Notes: a model not told the origin generated them from the sequence alone. Numbered from the stretch's first letter, positions 18,695-29,912 are shown. The stretch is DNA of 64,000 nucleotides from Clostridiales bacterium (GCA_017513085.1 JAFWDK010000019.1:64001-128000), one strand, 5' to 3'. Made by a program: numbers and translations.

Positions 18695-19543
18695 GTGAAG
18701 AAGTTATTGGCATATTTATTCATGATTTGCGGACTCGGCGCCTACTATTTCAGTTGGGCAATCACTCCCTCCGTGCAGTTTTTCCTTGAGATCCTTGGAT
18801 ATATCGCCATGCCGTTTTTTGCCCAGGCAGTCGTGGAAGGTTTTTTTCTTACCAAAAACGTGTACATGTACTTTGTAAGACTTTCCCTGATCGCCTATCT
18901 TACACAGCTTTCCTATTTTCTGGTCTATCTTCTGTGGCCGTCGACGCAGTATCCTTCCAAAATGAACATCGTCTTTTCCTGGATGCTCTCCCTGACTCTT
19001 CTCATCGCCCTGGAACTTCTGATCTCCCTTCCCCGCGACCGCATCGCGTCCATGAATCTTTTAAATGCCAATCCGGTCACGAATTCCACCCGATATGACG
19101 TCATCATCACCAGCGAAGAGGCCAACAATCTGCCCCGCGGTCTGAAAGTCCCGAAATGGCCGAAATCCACATTTTATGCTATCGCGCTGGTACTCCTGTC
19201 CATGTGCCTGATCCTCACCACATTTCTCCCTTTGACGATGTCCATGCTTTCCTTGTTCTGTGTGATCGTTTTCTATCTTCTCCACCGATGGAAACTCCAA
19301 TCCCGCATTCTCATCGCAACGATCGTTTTCAGTGCTTTTGCCGCATCCTACACATACATGCACTATCGTCTCACCGGAACGATTTCATGGGAGTGGACCT
19401 CGCTTGCCGGATTCCTGCTTTGCCTCCTTATCCCCGAAAAGCGCCGGAAAAAGCCTCGCTGGTTCTACCGGGCGCTTTATCTTCTGTTCCCGCTTTGCAA
19501 TCTGGTCTTCGCGACGCTTTCCGCGGTTTTATCGCATGCATAA
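18695..19543 (+). CDS. TraX-like polytopic membrane protein (divergent)
   Basis: G.IAMPFFA..VVEGF..TKN...Y..RL and C-terminal Y.LFP resemble the TraX family; about 8 TM segments. Confidence 0.6.
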   Translation: MKKLLAYLFMICGLGAYYFSWAITPSVQFFLEILGYIAMPFFAQAVVEGFFLTKNVYMYFVRLSLIAYLTQLSYFLVYLLWPSTQYPSKMNIVFSWMLSLTLLIALELLISLPRDRIASMNLLNANPVTNSTRYDVIITSEEANNLPRGLKVPKWPKSTFYAIALVLLSMCLILTTFLPLTMSMLSLFCVIVFYLLHRWKLQSRILIATIVFSAFAASYTYMHYRLTGTISWEWTSLAGFLLCLLIPEKRRKKPRWFYRALYLLFPLCNLVFATLSAVLSHA

Positions 19544-19673
19544 GCCTTAGAAAAAACACTTTGGCGACGTTCTTTGGTGTTCCTCGCCGATAAGTTTCAA
19601 AAATATAAGACGAGCCCTGTAAAATCTGGTATAATGACTGTTTGTAAGTTTCTATATAAAGAGAGGTATGCAT

Positions 19674-22148
19674 ATGGCGTATTCAACAGACATTGACCGT
19701 AAATGGCAGCAAAAGTGGGAGGAAACCAAGCTTTACAAGTTTGACCCGAACAAGAAGGGCGAGAAACTATACGTCCTGGAGATGTTCTCTTATCCGAGTG
19801 CAGCCAACCTACACCTTGGTCACTGGTACAATTACTCTCTTACCGATTCCTGGTCCCGTATGAAGCGTATGCAAGGCTTTAACGTGTTCCATCCGATGGG
19901 TTTTGACTCTTTCGGTCTTCCGGCTGAAAACTATGCCATCAAGACAGGTATTCACCCGAAGGACTCCACACTCCACAATATCGAGATCATGGAGAAGCAG
20001 TTAAAGGCCATGGGTGCCACCTATGACTGGGATTATGAGATCGCAACATGTAAACCGGAATACTATAAGTGGAATCAGTGGATCTTTCTCCGTCTTTTGG
20101 AGAAAGGACTGGCCTACCGAAAGAATGCGCCGGTCAACTGGTGTCCGCAGTGCAATACTGTTCTGGCCAATGAGCAGGTCATCGATGGCGCCTGCGAGCG
20201 TTGCCATACCGAGGTTGAGCACAAGAACATGACGCAGTGGTTCTTTAAGATCACTGCCTATGCCCAGGAACTCCTCGACTGCCTGCCGCAGCTCGACTGG
20301 CCGGAAAAGACCAAGAAGATCCAGACCAACTGGATCGGTCGTTCAGAAGGTACACAGATCTCCTTCCTTTGCGAAAAGAACGGTGAGCGTCTGAAGGACG
20401 AAAACGGAGAGGATCTGAAGCTTTCCGTATTTACGACACGTGCGGATACACTGATGGGCGTATCCTATGTGGTCGTTGCACCGGAGTCTCCTCTCTGCAC
20501 ACTTCTGACAACTGATGAGTGCCGTGAAAAGGTTGAAGAGTATCAGGCATTTACGAAGAAAGCAACAGACATCGACCGTATGTCCACCACACGTGAAAAG
20601 ACCGGTGTATTCACAGGTTCCTACGCGATCCATCCGATCACCGGCAAGGCGGTTCCGATCTGGGCTTCCGACTATGTTATCGCAACATACGGCACAGGTG
20701 TCGTTATGGCGGTTCCTGCTCACGACGAGCGTGACTTCGAATTCGCAAAGAAGTTCGGTCTTCCGATCCAGCGTGTCATCGCATCGGCTCCGGATGCAGA
20801 GGATGAACTTCCATTCATTGAAAAAGGCGTCCTGGTCAACTCGGGCGAATTTGACGGCCTGAACTTCAAAACAGCGATCGATGCTATCATTGAAAAGCTT
20901 AAGCCGCAGGGCATGGCGGAAAGAAAGATCAACTATCGTCTCCGTGACTGGCTGATCTCCCGTCAGCGTTACTGGGGCACACCGATCCCGGTCGTTCACT
21001 GCGAAAAGTGCGGTGTTGTTCCGGTACCGGACGACCAGCTTCCTGTTCTTCTCCCGTACGACGTAGAATTCCGTCCGGATGGAGAATCTCCGCTTGCCAA
21101 GTGCGCAGAATTCATGAATACCACTTGTCCGAAGTGCGGTGCTCCGGCTAAGCGTGATCCGGATACCATGGATACATTCGTAGACTCTTCCTGGTATCAG
21201 CTCCGTTATCCGGACAACAAGAACGACAAGGAACCCTTCAACAGAGAACTCATCGACAAGATGTGTCCGGTCGACAAATACGTCGGTGGTCCGGAACATG
21301 CCGCCATGCATCTTCTGTATACACGATTCTTCTGCAAGGCGCTCCGTGATATGGGTTACCTCGATTTCGACGAACCGTTCACTTCTCTTGTACATCAGGG
21401 AATCATCCTCGGGCCTGACGGAAACCGCATGAGTAAGTCCCGCGGTAACACAGTCGCTCCGGATCCGTATATCCAGAAGTATGGTTCTGACGTATTCCGT
21501 ACCTATCTTGCATTCGGTTTCGCTTATACTGATGGTGGTCCGTGGAGCGAGAGCGGTCTTCAGGCTATCGTGAAGTTCACCGGACGTATCGACCGTCTCG
21601 TAGAAGAGATCAGTCAGATCGCTAAGGGACAGGCATTGCCGACAGAGTATTCCGATGAGGATAAGGCTCTTCTCTACAGTCTGAACTACACCATCAAGGC
21701 GGTTACTACAGACACGGAGAAATTCCAGTTCAATACTTCCATCGCACGTCTTATGGAACTGTTGACGGCAATCGGCAAATACCAGAGCGCGCCTAACAAG
21801 AACGATGCTCTTCTTCGTTCCACAGTAGAAACATTCCTGCTTCTCTATGCACCTTATGCTCCACACTTTACCGAAGAACTCTGGGAGAGAATGGGCAACG
21901 AGTATTCCATCTTCAACCAGGCTTGGCCGGTATGCGATGAGAGCAAACTCGTAAAAGATACCATCGAGATCGCCGTACAGATCAACGGACAGGTCAAGTT
22001 CAAGGTAAACATCAGCCCGGATGCAACCCAGGAAGATGTTGAGAAGATCGTTAAGGAAGATTCTCATCTTGAGCCGGCGCTCGCAGGAAGAAATATCGTA
22101 AAGTTCATTTACGTAAAAGGAAGACTGGCAAACATCGTCGCAAAGTGA
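19674..22148 (+). CDS. leuS: Leucine--tRNA ligase
   Basis: [22 protein letters not shown] and RMSKS. Confidence 0.98.
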   Translation: MAYSTDIDRKWQQKWEETKLYKFDPNKKGEKLYVLEMFSYPSAANLHLGHWYNYSLTDSWSRMKRMQGFNVFHPMGFDSFGLPAENYAIKTGIHPKDSTLHNIEIMEKQLKAMGATYDWDYEIATCKPEYYKWNQWIFLRLLEKGLAYRKNAPVNWCPQCNTVLANEQVIDGACERCHTEVEHKNMTQWFFKITAYAQELLDCLPQLDWPEKTKKIQTNWIGRSEGTQISFLCEKNGERLKDENGEDLKLSVFTTRADTLMGVSYVVVAPESPLCTLLTTDECREKVEEYQAFTKKATDIDRMSTTREKTGVFTGSYAIHPITGKAVPIWASDYVIATYGTGVVMAVPAHDERDFEFAKKFGLPIQRVIASAPDAEDELPFIEKGVLVNSGEFDGLNFKTAIDAIIEKLKPQGMAERKINYRLRDWLISRQRYWGTPIPVVHCEKCGVVPVPDDQLPVLLPYDVEFRPDGESPLAKCAEFMNTTCPKCGAPAKRDPDTMDTFVDSSWYQLRYPDNKNDKEPFNRELIDKMCPVDKYVGGPEHAAMHLLYTRFFCKALRDMGYLDFDEPFTSLVHQGIILGPDGNRMSKSRGNTVAPDPYIQKYGSDVFRTYLAFGFAYTDGGPWSESGLQAIVKFTGRIDRLVEEISQIAKGQALPTEYSDEDKALLYSLNYTIKAVTTDTEKFQFNTSIARLMELLTAIGKYQSAPNKNDALLRSTVETFLLLYAPYAPHFTEELWERMGNEYSIFNQAWPVCDESKLVKDTIEIAVQINGQVKFKVNISPDATQEDVEKIVKEDSHLEPALAGRNIVKFIYVKGRLANIVAK

Positions 22149-22173
22149 CATACATCCGTCTGACGGAGGAAAC

Positions 22174-23298
22174 ATGAGTTTTCGAGGCAAGCTTTTTTCG
22201 AAGAAGAACACCTATGATCTCGAGTCAACGAACGAGTTGTTCCTTCACGCCATGAAAGAAAACTGTGCATTTCATTATGCTCACTGCGAAGAATACAGAA
22301 AAGTGTTAGATGGCGAGGGTTTTTCTCCGGAAAACCTCGCCTCTTTTTCTGACCTGTCGAAACTTCCTTTCCTTCCGACTTTATTTTTCAAGAAGCATCA
22401 CGTTTATTCTCTACCGAAATACAGATTGCCGGTCAAGGTCACCTCGTCAGGCACAAGCGGTCATTTCAGCCGCATCGGATTTGCATGGAGTGAACTCTGG
22501 TATGCGCTCAAGATGGCGATTCGTGTCGTGAATAAGCGGCATCTCGTTTCTCTTCGTCCATGCAATTATATCGTCTTCGGATATAAGCCTAACCGGCACA
22601 ACAAGACCGGTGTCACAAAAACCGCATTTATCACGACGCTTCTTGCGCCCGCACTTCATCGGACCTATGCGCTGAAGTATAAAGACGGCAAATACGAGCC
22701 GGATCTGGAAAGCGTGATCCGTGCTATCGAGAAATATGCGAAAAAGAAAACTCCGGTCCGCTTCATGGGTTTTCCTTCTTACACCACATTCGTGATGCAG
22801 ATGATGGAGGAAAGAAAGATATTCGTCAAACTCCCGAAGGGATCTAAGATCATGCTGGCGGGAGGCTGGAAGCAGTTTTATACCGAGGAGGTCGAAAAGA
22901 GTATCTTCTACGATCTGGCCAAGAGAGTCCTTGGTGTATCTGACGAGGATATCGTCGAGTTCTTCGGGGCCGTCGAGCACCCGATCCTCTATTGCGACTG
23001 CAAGAACCATCACTTTCATGTACCGGTCTATGGCCGCGTCCTGATCCGTGACGTGAATACACTTGAGCCGGTTTCATATGGCACGCCGGGTCTGGTGAAT
23101 CTGCTGACTCCTCTGGTTAAGGGCACACCACTCACCAGTGTCATGACAGATGACCTGGGCATCCTTCACGACGGAACAAACTGCGGATGCGGTCAAACCT
23201 CTCCGTATCTCGAGATCCTCGGGCGAGTCGGTCTCAAAGATATCAAGACCTGCGCCGCCGGTGCAGCAGAGTATCTGAACAAAGGAGATTTGAAATGA
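22174..23298 (+). CDS. LuxE-like acyl-protein synthetase
   Basis: PFLPTLFFK, TSSGTSG, GGWK, FGAVEH, TDDLG and ILGR...KTC. Confidence 0.88.
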   Translation: MSFRGKLFSKKNTYDLESTNELFLHAMKENCAFHYAHCEEYRKVLDGEGFSPENLASFSDLSKLPFLPTLFFKKHHVYSLPKYRLPVKVTSSGTSGHFSRIGFAWSELWYALKMAIRVVNKRHLVSLRPCNYIVFGYKPNRHNKTGVTKTAFITTLLAPALHRTYALKYKDGKYEPDLESVIRAIEKYAKKKTPVRFMGFPSYTTFVMQMMEERKIFVKLPKGSKIMLAGGWKQFYTEEVEKSIFYDLAKRVLGVSDEDIVEFFGAVEHPILYCDCKNHHFHVPVYGRVLIRDVNTLEPVSYGTPGLVNLLTPLVKGTPLTSVMTDDLGILHDGTNCGCGQTSPYLEILGRVGLKDIKTCAAGAAEYLNKGDLK

Positions 23299-24569
23299 TC
23301 CTGGCAAATGGAAATCTCTACGAAACCAACGAACAAAACCGGATCCTTTCGGACCTTTCTTCCAAGCTGACGGACACACTCCTTCATCAGGAACTGGACA
23401 GACAGACCGTGATCCGTGCTTTTGATGAAATCAGCACACGGCTTGCCAGTGGAGAATTTGAGTCTCTCCTCAGCGAACTGGATCCGGATTCCACTTCTCT
23501 TTATATGGATCAGATCGTCCGCATGATGAGTCGCGATTATCTGGAAAAGAAAGCGGAGATCGAGTTTCATGGTGTGCGCAACGATAACTCGAAGATCGCA
23601 ACCAAAGAAGTGCCGCTTGGCGTCGTATTTCATATAGCTGCCGGCAACATGGATGTTCTTCCGATCGCAAGTATCGGAGAGGGGCTTCTCGCCGGAAACA
23701 TTAATATCCTGAAGCTTCCCAGTGTGGACAAAGGACTTACGATCCGTGCGCTGAAAATGCTGGTAGATGCCGAGCCCAGGCTAAAAGACTTCATCTATGT
23801 TTTTGATACTCCTTCCTCGGATATCGCTACGATCAAGAAGCTCGCGGATCTGTCCGACGGAATCGCCGTCTGGGGCGGAGACGAAGTGATCTCGGCGGTA
23901 AGATCCTTCTCCAAGCCGGGTACACGCCTGATCGAATGGGGACACAAACTCGGATTCGCTTATATCTCCGGTTACGAAAATGAGGAAAGCGAGCTTTCTG
24001 ATCTGGCCGGACATATCCTGATGACACGCCAGCTTCTTTGCAGTTCGTGTCAGATCATATATATCGACACCGATCAATATAATGAAGCAGTCGCTTTTGC
24101 AAAGAAATTTCTTCCATATATGGAGAGTGCTTTTGCCGAATATCCGATACGGGAGATCGGCGGCGTTGCGGAATTGACTCTTCGCAGATACGAAGAGAGG
24201 ATCGAGAAGCACCTTCGCGCCGAAAACGATGCGTCGTCAGACGAGACACGCTTTCAAGGCACGCACACAAGCATCACCGTCAAGACAGATCCAACCCTTG
24301 AATTATCTTACATGTACGGAAATGTGATCGTGAAGCCTCTCCCCGCTTCCGCGCTTCCTGAAACACTCCGCAACAGTAAAGGTTATCTTCAGACAGCAGG
24401 ATTGATCTGCGATCCTGACAAGCGGGAAACTCTGACACGTCTGCTGACAAGTTGCGGTGTCCAACGCGTGACGCGCGCCGGACATATGTCGAGTCTTTTT
24501 GAAGGCGAAGCACACGATGGTGAATACGCACTCGCGCGGTACAGCCGCTTTATCAATATCGAGAAATAA
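23295..24569 (+). CDS. LuxC-like acyl-CoA reductase
   Basis: PLGVVFHIAAGN, VWGGDE, EWGHK, QLLCSSCQ and HDG; ATGA coupling with the luxE-like gene. Confidence 0.88.
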   Translation: MILANGNLYETNEQNRILSDLSSKLTDTLLHQELDRQTVIRAFDEISTRLASGEFESLLSELDPDSTSLYMDQIVRMMSRDYLEKKAEIEFHGVRNDNSKIATKEVPLGVVFHIAAGNMDVLPIASIGEGLLAGNINILKLPSVDKGLTIRALKMLVDAEPRLKDFIYVFDTPSSDIATIKKLADLSDGIAVWGGDEVISAVRSFSKPGTRLIEWGHKLGFAYISGYENEESELSDLAGHILMTRQLLCSSCQIIYIDTDQYNEAVAFAKKFLPYMESAFAEYPIREIGGVAELTLRRYEERIEKHLRAENDASSDETRFQGTHTSITVKTDPTLELSYMYGNVIVKPLPASALPETLRNSKGYLQTAGLICDPDKRETLTRLLTSCGVQRVTRAGHMSSLFEGEAHDGEYALARYSRFINIEK

Positions 24570-24577
24570 TAGACGGA

Positions 24578-27094
24578 TCACTCACCACGACGGGTCGGCT
24601 CTCTCTTTGCCTGGACCGGACGAGGTTTTACATCCGCAAAATACTTTCTTCCGAAATCTTCCGGTGAAAGCGGTCGTGCATAGTAGTAACCCTGGAAGAT
24701 ATCTACACCCAAAGCACGTATACGGGAAGCTTTCTGCGCAGTCTCGATACCCTCGACGCACACTGTCATGCCGATAGTACGTGTCAGGAGAACGATAGCG
24801 GAAATAAAGGATGTATTAAAACGATCATCCTGATCCACAAATGCACGGTCGATCTTGATCTCGTCGACCGGGAATTCACGAAGATAATTAAACGACGAAT
24901 ATCCGGTACCAAAGTCATCCAGAGCAATTCGGATACCGTTGTTACGGAGTTTAAGCATATTCTGACGGCAAATAGCCAGATTCTTCATCAACGTGGTTTC
25001 CGTGATCTCCAGAAGCACATTCTTCGGTTTCAATCCATATTCACCGAGCAACTGGATCACATATTCCGCAAAATCGATCCTGGCCATATCTTCTGCCGTA
25101 ACATTGATATGCACATAAAAATCTTCCGGAACACCACTGTCGATCCATTCCTTGCACTGACCCATAGCCGTGCGCAGGATCCAGTCACCGACCACATTCA
25201 TTTGTCCTGTAGCGGTAACCGCAGCAATAACTTTCTCCGGGCTCACAAGATTACCGTTCGGAGACATCCAGCGGAGCAATGCTTCACATCCGACAAGACG
25301 TTCAGAGCGCGCATCCACAAGCGGCTGGAAGTATAAAAGGAAGCTCTTGTTTCCTTCACGGATGGACTTGGAGATCTGGAACTCGAAATCCAATCTTTCC
25401 TTCAGCTCCATCTTGTATTGCGGAGTATAGATCGAATACGAAACACGCGCATCCTGCTTGACCTTATGTAAAGCGATCTCCGCATTTACAAGGAGTTCTT
25501 CCGCACTATTTCCGCAAGACGGGAAAAGCGCTGCACTCATGGAAAAAGATGCATAGATCGAACTACGGTCCAAAGTAAGCGGAGCATTCATCTCCTCTTT
25601 AAATGCTTTCATGAAATGCTCAACCTGTACGCGTGAAGCATGCGGCCACAAGACACAGAATGTATCTATCGAAATATGGTAAAGCGATCCTTCCTTCGGA
25701 AGACTGTCACGGAGTTTCTTGGCAACTGCCACCAGAAGTTTCTCACCGGTGGAACGGCCATAACGGTCATTAAAGACATGGAAATCCTTTATGTCCACAA
25801 GAACCATCGCCGCCGAAAGAACATTACGGTTATGGATCAGGGTCTCGGCATCTGCCAAAAGACGTCCCCGTACAGGCAGTCCGGTCAATTCATTACGCGA
25901 GGAATTTCTTTCCACATTCTCACGAACTTCGTTCATACTGGTCAGATCGAAGATCGTACCGATCAGGATAAACGCCTGCTTGTTATTGTCATATACAGTC
26001 TTACCACGACAGGCAAGCCAGCGGATCTGATCATCTACGCCCCATACACGGAACTCGATGGAGAAGTTATCTTTCTCCTCATCGACCAGATATGTAAATG
26101 TCTCGATGAAACGGCGACGGTCATCCTCGATGACCTCTTCCGCCATCCGGTTGATAAGGTCTCCGGTATATGTGAGCTCCATATCCGGGAATGTATTACG
26201 GATGTTTTCGGAGAAAGTCAGGATCTCACGCTTCATGTCCGCCGTGAAAGTAATTGCCTCCGAACCGTCGATAATGATCCTCTGGAAGGAATCCGTCTGT
26301 TTACGGTCTGTAACATCCAGGAAAATACCGATGAGATATTTCTTCTTATCCGGAGCCGTAAAACGGAATACGCCACAGGAATGGATCCAGACTTCACCCT
26401 TCAACGGAGAGAAAATACGGAAATCCTTGGCCCGGCTCTTCTTGCCCCAGGCCGAATTATCCAGCACAGAAACAAAAGCGGCGTAATCTTCCGGATGAAC
26501 ATAATTGCTCAATTCTCTTGAAGCATGAGACAATTCACGTGTCGGGATCTCGACCAGCTCTGCCAAAGAAGAATTAAAGCGGCAAAAATCTTCTGTCTCA
26601 TCATAGCAAAGCACATATCCGTCGATCGCATCGCTCAACAGTTTCTCGTAAACGATTTCACCAAACCGCTGGGTACGGTCTTCGATCATTCCGAAAATGA
26701 TGGAGTGATTATCTTTCTTGACCGTCTGCATGCTGACACGGATATGATATGTATGGCCGGAATAAGAAGCCAGGTTGTGTTCAATGGTAACGACTTTGTG
26801 GTTATCGGCGATCAAGTCATAGAAAGCCTCTTCATAGCGGACGACCAGAGCACGACGCTCAGACGGGTCTGCATACTGCAGATAGGCGTCCATGATCATA
26901 TCCTGGGAGGCAACCGGTCCTAATACCGAAACCATTCCGGGAGAAAAGAAAAACCGTTTATCTTTAGGAAAAACCACAAAAGTACAAAGAGCAACTTTTT
27001 CAACCAGGCCCTCCGCCTGAGCTAAAAGCTGCGGATCCAGACAGATTGAAGAGTCGTATAACTCAGATCCAAACCCTGAATCATCTGCAACCAT
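24578..27094 (-). CDS. PAS-PAS-GGDEF(degenerate)-EAL c-di-GMP phosphodiesterase
   Basis: CEALLRW, EITE, DDFGTGYSS, KIDR and QGYYY intact; the GGDEF site reads SIDTF. Confidence 0.9.
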   Translation of the reverse strand: MVADDSGFGSELYDSSICLDPQLLAQAEGLVEKVALCTFVVFPKDKRFFFSPGMVSVLGPVASQDMIMDAYLQYADPSERRALVVRYEEAFYDLIADNHKVVTIEHNLASYSGHTYHIRVSMQTVKKDNHSIIFGMIEDRTQRFGEIVYEKLLSDAIDGYVLCYDETEDFCRFNSSLAELVEIPTRELSHASRELSNYVHPEDYAAFVSVLDNSAWGKKSRAKDFRIFSPLKGEVWIHSCGVFRFTAPDKKKYLIGIFLDVTDRKQTDSFQRIIIDGSEAITFTADMKREILTFSENIRNTFPDMELTYTGDLINRMAEEVIEDDRRRFIETFTYLVDEEKDNFSIEFRVWGVDDQIRWLACRGKTVYDNNKQAFILIGTIFDLTSMNEVRENVERNSSRNELTGLPVRGRLLADAETLIHNRNVLSAAMVLVDIKDFHVFNDRYGRSTGEKLLVAVAKKLRDSLPKEGSLYHISIDTFCVLWPHASRVQVEHFMKAFKEEMNAPLTLDRSSIYASFSMSAALFPSCGNSAEELLVNAEIALHKVKQDARVSYSIYTPQYKMELKERLDFEFQISKSIREGNKSFLLYFQPLVDARSERLVGCEALLRWMSPNGNLVSPEKVIAAVTATGQMNVVGDWILRTAMGQCKEWIDSGVPEDFYVHINVTAEDMARIDFAEYVIQLLGEYGLKPKNVLLEITETTLMKNLAICRQNMLKLRNNGIRIALDDFGTGYSSFNYLREFPVDEIKIDRAFVDQDDRFNTSFISAIVLLTRTIGMTVCVEGIETAQKASRIRALGVDIFQGYYYARPLSPEDFGRKYFADVKPRPVQAKREPTRRGE

Positions 27095-27123
27095 ACTACA
27101 TCCCCCGACACACTTACTATGCC

Positions 27124-27951
27124 TTATTGTAACATCTCAAGCACCTCGGCGTATAGTGTTTTTTTGTTTTCTCCCCATTCTTGCGAAAGAATTTTCGCAA
27201 TTTCCTTCGTCGGATACCCCTCTTCGCGCAGTTGCAGGATCCTATTTTTCCGATCCTCAGGGGACAACGTCTTCGCCTCTTCTGCCTTTACTCCCTCCAG
27301 GATCACGACGAACTCCCCTTTCGGCGGCACCTCCTCAAAATGCGAGATCAATTCGTCGATCGTTCCTCTTACCACCTCTTCGTAGCGCTTGGTCAGTTCA
27401 CGACAGCAGGACGCTCTTCTCTGACCATTCCCACACGAAGCAAGGTCGGAAAGCGTCCTTAAAAGGCGATGCGGAGCTTCATACAAGATCGTGGTCGTCG
27501 GCATATGACTGACCACCTGAAGACGTTCTTTACGTTCTTTCGTCTCCACAGGAAGAAACCCTTCAAAATAGTAATGCCTCGTATCCAGTCCCGAAAGCAC
27601 CAGCGCGGTAATTCCTGCTACCGGTCCGGGGACCGCTGTCACTTCTATGTTTTCCTCTATGCAGGCCTTGACGAGATCTTCGCCCGGATCAGAGATGCTC
27701 GGCATACCGGCATCAGAGACCAAAGCCACATCCACACCGGCTCGGAGAAGTCCAAGGAGTTTCTCTCCATGGGAAGCTTTGTTATGTTCGTGATAGCTGA
27801 TCAGGTGCGAGGTGATCTCAAAGTGAGACAGAAGAAGTCCTGTCCGCCTGGTATCTTCGCAAGCAACATATTCCACACTCTTTAATACTTCTATGGCTCT
27901 CGGAGAAAGATCCCCCATATTTCCGATCGGTGTTCCTACCAGATATAGCAT
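27124..27951 (-). CDS. rsmI: 16S rRNA C1402 2'-O-methyltransferase
   Basis: LYLVGTPIGN, CEDTR, VSDAGMPSISDPG and RELTK. Confidence 0.96.
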   Translation of the reverse strand: MLYLVGTPIGNMGDLSPRAIEVLKSVEYVACEDTRRTGLLLSHFEITSHLISYHEHNKASHGEKLLGLLRAGVDVALVSDAGMPSISDPGEDLVKACIEENIEVTAVPGPVAGITALVLSGLDTRHYYFEGFLPVETKERKERLQVVSHMPTTTILYEAPHRLLRTLSDLASCGNGQRRASCCRELTKRYEEVVRGTIDELISHFEEVPPKGEFVVILEGVKAEEAKTLSPEDRKNRILQLREEGYPTKEIAKILSQEWGENKKTLYAEVLEMLQ

Positions 27952-27954
27952 TCA

Positions 27955-28731
27955 TTATTCCTCACTGTAGATCTTTTTCAATTCATCAGTATATTCAAGG
28001 TCCGGTCCCCGCAGGATCAAGGGCGGGTCGATCATTGTACCGGAAAGTTTGCCGTCTTTTTTAGCAGACATCAGATAAAGTGTTGCCGGTCTTCCTGAAA
28101 AAGGATAGACAAAACGAAGATGTTTAGGTGCCAGATTCTCTTTATAGCAGGCCTTCATGACATCTGCAAGAGTCTCCGCGCGATCCACAAGAAAAAGATC
28201 CCCTTTCGGCACCAGCATTTTGGCAGCGCAGGAAATAAAATCTTCCACTTCGCCATGCATAGCAAACCTGGCCTCAAGAAGTGCACGGCTATGCACATCC
28301 ACTTCTGTAACAGGTCCGCTTCCCTGCTTTCGAAACGGAGGATTGGCAAAAACCACATCATAATGGTTTTTTAATACACTCTCCGTCGGAAGATTCCGGA
28401 TATCCGCCACTTCCCCGCGTACACGGTCTGAAAGGCTGTTCATACGGATATTTCTTTCAAATACCTCCTCAGCTTTTTCCTGTCTTTCTACCGCATCGAT
28501 CCGGACGTCTTTTCTTCGCGCGGCAAGAAGGATCGAAGCCGCTCCGCAATTACATCCAAGTTCCAGCACACGAAGCGGGTCTTTCTGTCGCAAACGGGCA
28601 TTTTCCGCCACAAACCAGGAAAGCAGGACCGTATCTTCGCCGAAGCGAAAACCATCTTTACGCTGGATCAGGCGCATGCCTGCCCTGCCAAGCTCTTCCA
28701 TTGTTTCTGTTTCCGGATCAAAAATATCCAC
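27955..28731 (-). CDS. tRNA1(Val) m6A37 methyltransferase-like (YabB/TrmN6)
   Basis: FRFGEDTVLL, LELGCNCG and NPPF; adjacent to rsmI. Confidence 0.88.
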   Translation of the reverse strand: MDIFDPETETMEELGRAGMRLIQRKDGFRFGEDTVLLSWFVAENARLRQKDPLRVLELGCNCGAASILLAARRKDVRIDAVERQEKAEEVFERNIRMNSLSDRVRGEVADIRNLPTESVLKNHYDVVFANPPFRKQGSGPVTEVDVHSRALLEARFAMHGEVEDFISCAAKMLVPKGDLFLVDRAETLADVMKACYKENLAPKHLRFVYPFSGRPATLYLMSAKKDGKLSGTMIDPPLILRGPDLEYTDELKKIYSEE

Positions 28732-28745
28732 GAATCCTCCAGATT

Positions 28746-28784
28746 ATAAAAAGAGATCTGCATCCTATTCGGGTACAGATCTCT
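28746..28784 (-). terminator. Terminator after the ferredoxin gene
   Basis: AGAGATCTG...CAGATCTCT stem followed by a T run on the minus strand. Confidence 0.75.
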
Positions 28785-28807
28785 CACATTCAATTCACTA
28801 TCTCTTA

Positions 28808-28978
28808 TTAGCCCTGAGAAATTGCACCTGTCGGGCAAGCAGCTTCACAAGAACCGCACTCAAGACAAAGATCAGGATTGATCTCATACTTACCGTCGCC
28901 CTGGGAAATAGCGCCTACCGGGCACTCACCCTCGCAGCTACCGCAAGAAAGACATGCGTCAGAAATTACATATGCCAT
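28808..28978 (-). CDS. fdx: 2[4Fe-4S] clostridial ferredoxin (56 aa)
   Basis: MAYVISDACLSCGSCEGECP...CLECGSCEAACP; AGGAGG RBS. Confidence 0.95.
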   Translation of the reverse strand: MAYVISDACLSCGSCEGECPVGAISQGDGKYEINPDLCLECGSCEAACPTGAISQG

Positions 28979-29093
28979 ACTGATATCCTCCTTTATCTGG
29001 TCTATGATTTCATTAAACACTATTTTTTTCTTTTTGTAAATATAACTATTTTCGTCGCTTCTGCGATATAAAAACAGCTTATTACCGAACAAA

Positions 29094-29912
29094 TCAGATC
29101 ATCTGGCGATTATTGCCGTTCCGGTCTGCAACAAAAGATAAGAAAACAGAATCCAGAACAATAAGAGCGACAACCAGAGCAAGGATCACAAGGTTGGAAG
29201 TGTTAGCCATAAGAACGACGGCCACCACAGTACCGAGCAGAACAAGCGAGGCAATATTGGCCAGTTTTTTGGAAAGATTAGCCAGAGCCGCAACAACTGA
29301 AGCGAAAAGATAGAGGCTAAGGAAAACAAACATGAGCATAAGGAAAGCAAAGATATAGATCTTTACATTCACAGACGGGTATTTGGTAACCACCTCATCG
29401 TAAGTATATCCGCCAATCGGAAGGAAAGATCTTTCCCCGAGGAGATAAAGTCCGTTATCGTATGTCAGACACCCGTTTCCGAAGAAACCTGCCAGAGTGT
29501 GGATCGCTGTTGCAATCGCCGCACAAATACCTACAGCTGCAAATTTGCTCAAGAAGCGCTTGAAGAAGGAACCTTCATCGGACTCCTCGTCAGAATGGAT
29601 GTCACGAAGCACGTCATACGACATGTAAATCAAAACGATAGCGAGAGTAATAAGGGAGCAGACCGGAATGATCTTTTCAATGAAAGCAGACTGAAAGAAA
29701 CGGATCCATGGTTCTTCCTCGCTGGTATAACCGGCATAAGAAATACGAAGCCAGCCTTCACGAAGAATGCTATCATACTTAAACCACAGAAACTGAACGG
29801 CACTTGCCAGGATCAACGTGATCATGGTTGCAATCATAGTGCACTTGGCATATTTCTTCATCTCAACACCCAAAGTGCCACGGCCGGTGATCAAAAACTT
29901 GTCTTTACTCAT
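29094..29912 (-). CDS. Hypothetical ~6-TM membrane protein
   Basis: Multiple hydrophobic helices; GGAGG RBS. Confidence 0.75.
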   Translation of the reverse strand: MSKDKFLITGRGTLGVEMKKYAKCTMIATMITLILASAVQFLWFKYDSILREGWLRISYAGYTSEEEPWIRFFQSAFIEKIIPVCSLITLAIVLIYMSYDVLRDIHSDEESDEGSFFKRFLSKFAAVGICAAIATAIHTLAGFFGNGCLTYDNGLYLLGERSFLPIGGYTYDEVVTKYPSVNVKIYIFAFLMLMFVFLSLYLFASVVAALANLSKKLANIASLVLLGTVVAVVLMANTSNLVILALVVALIVLDSVFLSFVADRNGNNRQMI

